This document shows positions 61,841 to 64,000 of a DNA stretch of 64,000 bases, piece after piece. Source of the stretch: Podarcis melisellensis (Eukaryota); the NCBI GenBank assembly GCA_964234715.1, contig OZ174290.1; one strand, 5' to 3'. Within the stretch, counting starts at the first letter, position 1. Each line of letters opens with the position of its first letter. The notes below the pieces were generated by a model. That model ran no database searches and was not told where the DNA came from. It saw nothing but the letters and a program-made list of their open reading frames with translations. The translations under genes were made by a program, and so were the position numbers.

Positions 61841-64000
61841 TACCACAATTCTACACTAAAAAAATAACACTCTGCAACAGACAGATTCACCAGTTATATC
61901 CTTTTAAACATCATTCTACATGGGTGGGCTACACTGGATCAGAAATTTCCAGCATCAAAAATTGTTTGCTTACATGAACAAGCCAACTTTACACTACTCT
62001 CAAACACACATTTGCAGCTGAACTTTCAGTGTTCAGCTCTAATTTAAATGACAGACCTCAACAGAGTTCAGAATTATCACTTACACAGCATTTCAGTTAC
62101 AAGTTTCTAGCCACATACACTACAAAATTTAGCATGTGTTGTGCCTCTGAAAAGATGCAAAGTAAGATAATGAGGGCCTTTTATAACTTATTTGAAAAAC
62201 TGGTGGTGTTAACTTTGCATTTAAGAAAACTCACTGTATTTTTTTAAAAAGCAACCAAAACATCTTTTATGGGCTTCCACTCCTCCATCAATTACTTTAC
62301 CTTAACCAATTGCTGACTGAAAGTGTAACTAAGGCTGCAACCTAAATAGATATAAAGTCCCATTCAACTGAGTACTTCTTTCTTAGAATTATGCTATGAA
62401 TGAGCTGCTGTAATTTTTATATCATTCTCTTATAAGAAAAGCTACTCAATTTGAAAATGTTTTATTTCTGTTCCTGTCAACCTGAACACACTCCTTGCCA
62501 ATTATTCTAGATTTTGATCCTGCCCAAAGCATCTACACTAAAAATAATGCAATCATATTTTTCAATAAATAACATATAACTAGAACTGCAAAAATGCAAT
62601 TCACAGGTAGTAAGTCTTACTAAATTCAATGAGAGCTACTTCCAACTAGACATCCCTAGGATTCACTGTTAAGATTCTCATTCACAGCATTTATTAAATA
62701 GTCTGCAGTAAAGTATAATCCAAGAAGAGGATAGACAGCTATAAATCTTAATTTTTAATTCCAGAAGTGGTATAAGAAACAGAGAATATACACTTGACAG
62801 AAATCAAATCATTAACTTGGAAGCATTCACTAATTACAAAAAGATTCATCTTAGGCCCTTAGCCGTTCCCTGCTTAACTAACACTTCTATGCTGAAACCT
62901 GTTTAAGCAATACATTTGTATGATACTATCAGTTACCAGTCTAAATCCAACTGTGCCTTAGCTGTCAAAACCACTCTACTCCACAGCACTCTATTACAGC
63001 ACATATTAATCCAGTGAATCATAGCATTAATACATGCAATGATTTTAGTTCAGCTAAGTGAAAACTACAGCATGACAGCTGAGGCAAGCAAAGCATTCCT
63101 TAAAGTACAAAAGAGGATTTTTTGCTGATTCAAGAATTGTTATCCTGGTGGTAAGAATACAATACAAACAGGGGGTAGCTTTTTATTGGATCAATTTCCT
63201 GCACAACTGAAAACCTCTCCCCTTATACATTTTGTGCCTCTTACATTCAATGGGCCACATGACTGTTTAGCTCAATGCAAGAAAAGTTACAAATACAATC
63301 CAAATCCATTTTATAAATGTCTACATAGATTTTTGGTTAACACTCTGCTTTGATACCAAGACAGGGATAATTTCCCTCTTTTAAAGCCGTTCTTAGACAA
63401 GGCCAAGCAGAGAGTCATTAAAACATTTTGTTTCCTACACAAGGCTCCTAAGGTTTTGTAGCTATGACGGCCCATGCCAAAGCAAAGCAAGATGAAAAAA
63501 AAAAATCTGAATGAAGTGCAAAGTCCTAAGATAACTTTTAGGAAATACATTGTGTGATACTGCAGGGGAAATGCAGACTCTAGTCACCTGCCAAAACCAA
63601 GAGTCCAAAAGAAATTGCTTCCAACTCCAGTCACTGGATTGAGAAACCAACTTTTCTCCATTTGCATTTAAGACACACATGAATGAAATTCTATTACTAT
63701 AAAAAATGGCATTCTGATGCAACCCAAGCTACTGACCTCTAAAACACATAATAAATGCTTCGGCAGTAGCAGCAGGATGTTTTGGAAAATCTAAGCAGCT
63801 TGTATTTGTCTCAAGGCAATGATGTCGGACATAATCCAAGCCAATTTAGGTTGCGATTTTACACTCACTCACCTGGGGCTGCAAATAAGTCCCACTGAAT
63901 GCAATGGGACTAACTTGCATAGGATTGCACTGTTGAGCTGCAGCTATAGAAGAAGCAAGAGCAAACCACCTACTGCACAGGAGTAGGCAAGGACCTGCAA

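Larger units (their letters stand above)
18531..64000 (-). other. NLK: NLK intron 1 (partial, >45 kb)
   Basis: No His/Ala-rich N-terminal or GYGAFGVVW-coding sequence of NLK exon 1 was seen upstream of exon 2 in the window. The region is repeat-rich and non-coding. Confidence 0.8.

Overview
Vertebrate (squamate, most likely lacertid lizard) genomic DNA. The whole 64 kb lies inside one minus-strand gene, Nemo-like kinase (NLK). Three coding exons are visible, read directly from the sequence: exon 2 (18530-18401, 130 nt), exon 3 (15376-15321, 56 nt) and the first 24 nt of exon 4 (24-1). Together they encode (W)SVTDPRDGKRVALKKMPNVFQNLVSCKRVFRELKMLCFFKHDN/VLSALDILQPPHIDYFEE(I)/YVVTELMQ. Exon numbering follows my recollection of the human gene. 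Exon 1 lies beyond position 64000, so intron 1 is >45 kb. The 15.3-kb intron between exons 3 and 4 has minor-spliceosome (U12-type) signals: 5' GTATCCT, a TTCCTTAAT branch site 16-17 nt from the AG, and no polypyrimidine tract. The rest is intronic. It holds three full-length Sauria SINEs with TSDs, many hAT and Tc1/pogo MITEs, L2, CR1 and RTE-X-like LINE fragments, Penelope-like remnants (one with an intact minimal hammerhead-ribozyme core), a tRNA-Asn/CR1 chimeric SINE, microsatellites and a 147-N gap. Nearly all ORFs in the supplied track are spurious. I found no evidence of a new multi-gene system. The most notable items are the large U12 intron, the hammerhead core and some unusual MITE architectures. 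Repeat family names come from pattern recognition, not database searches.
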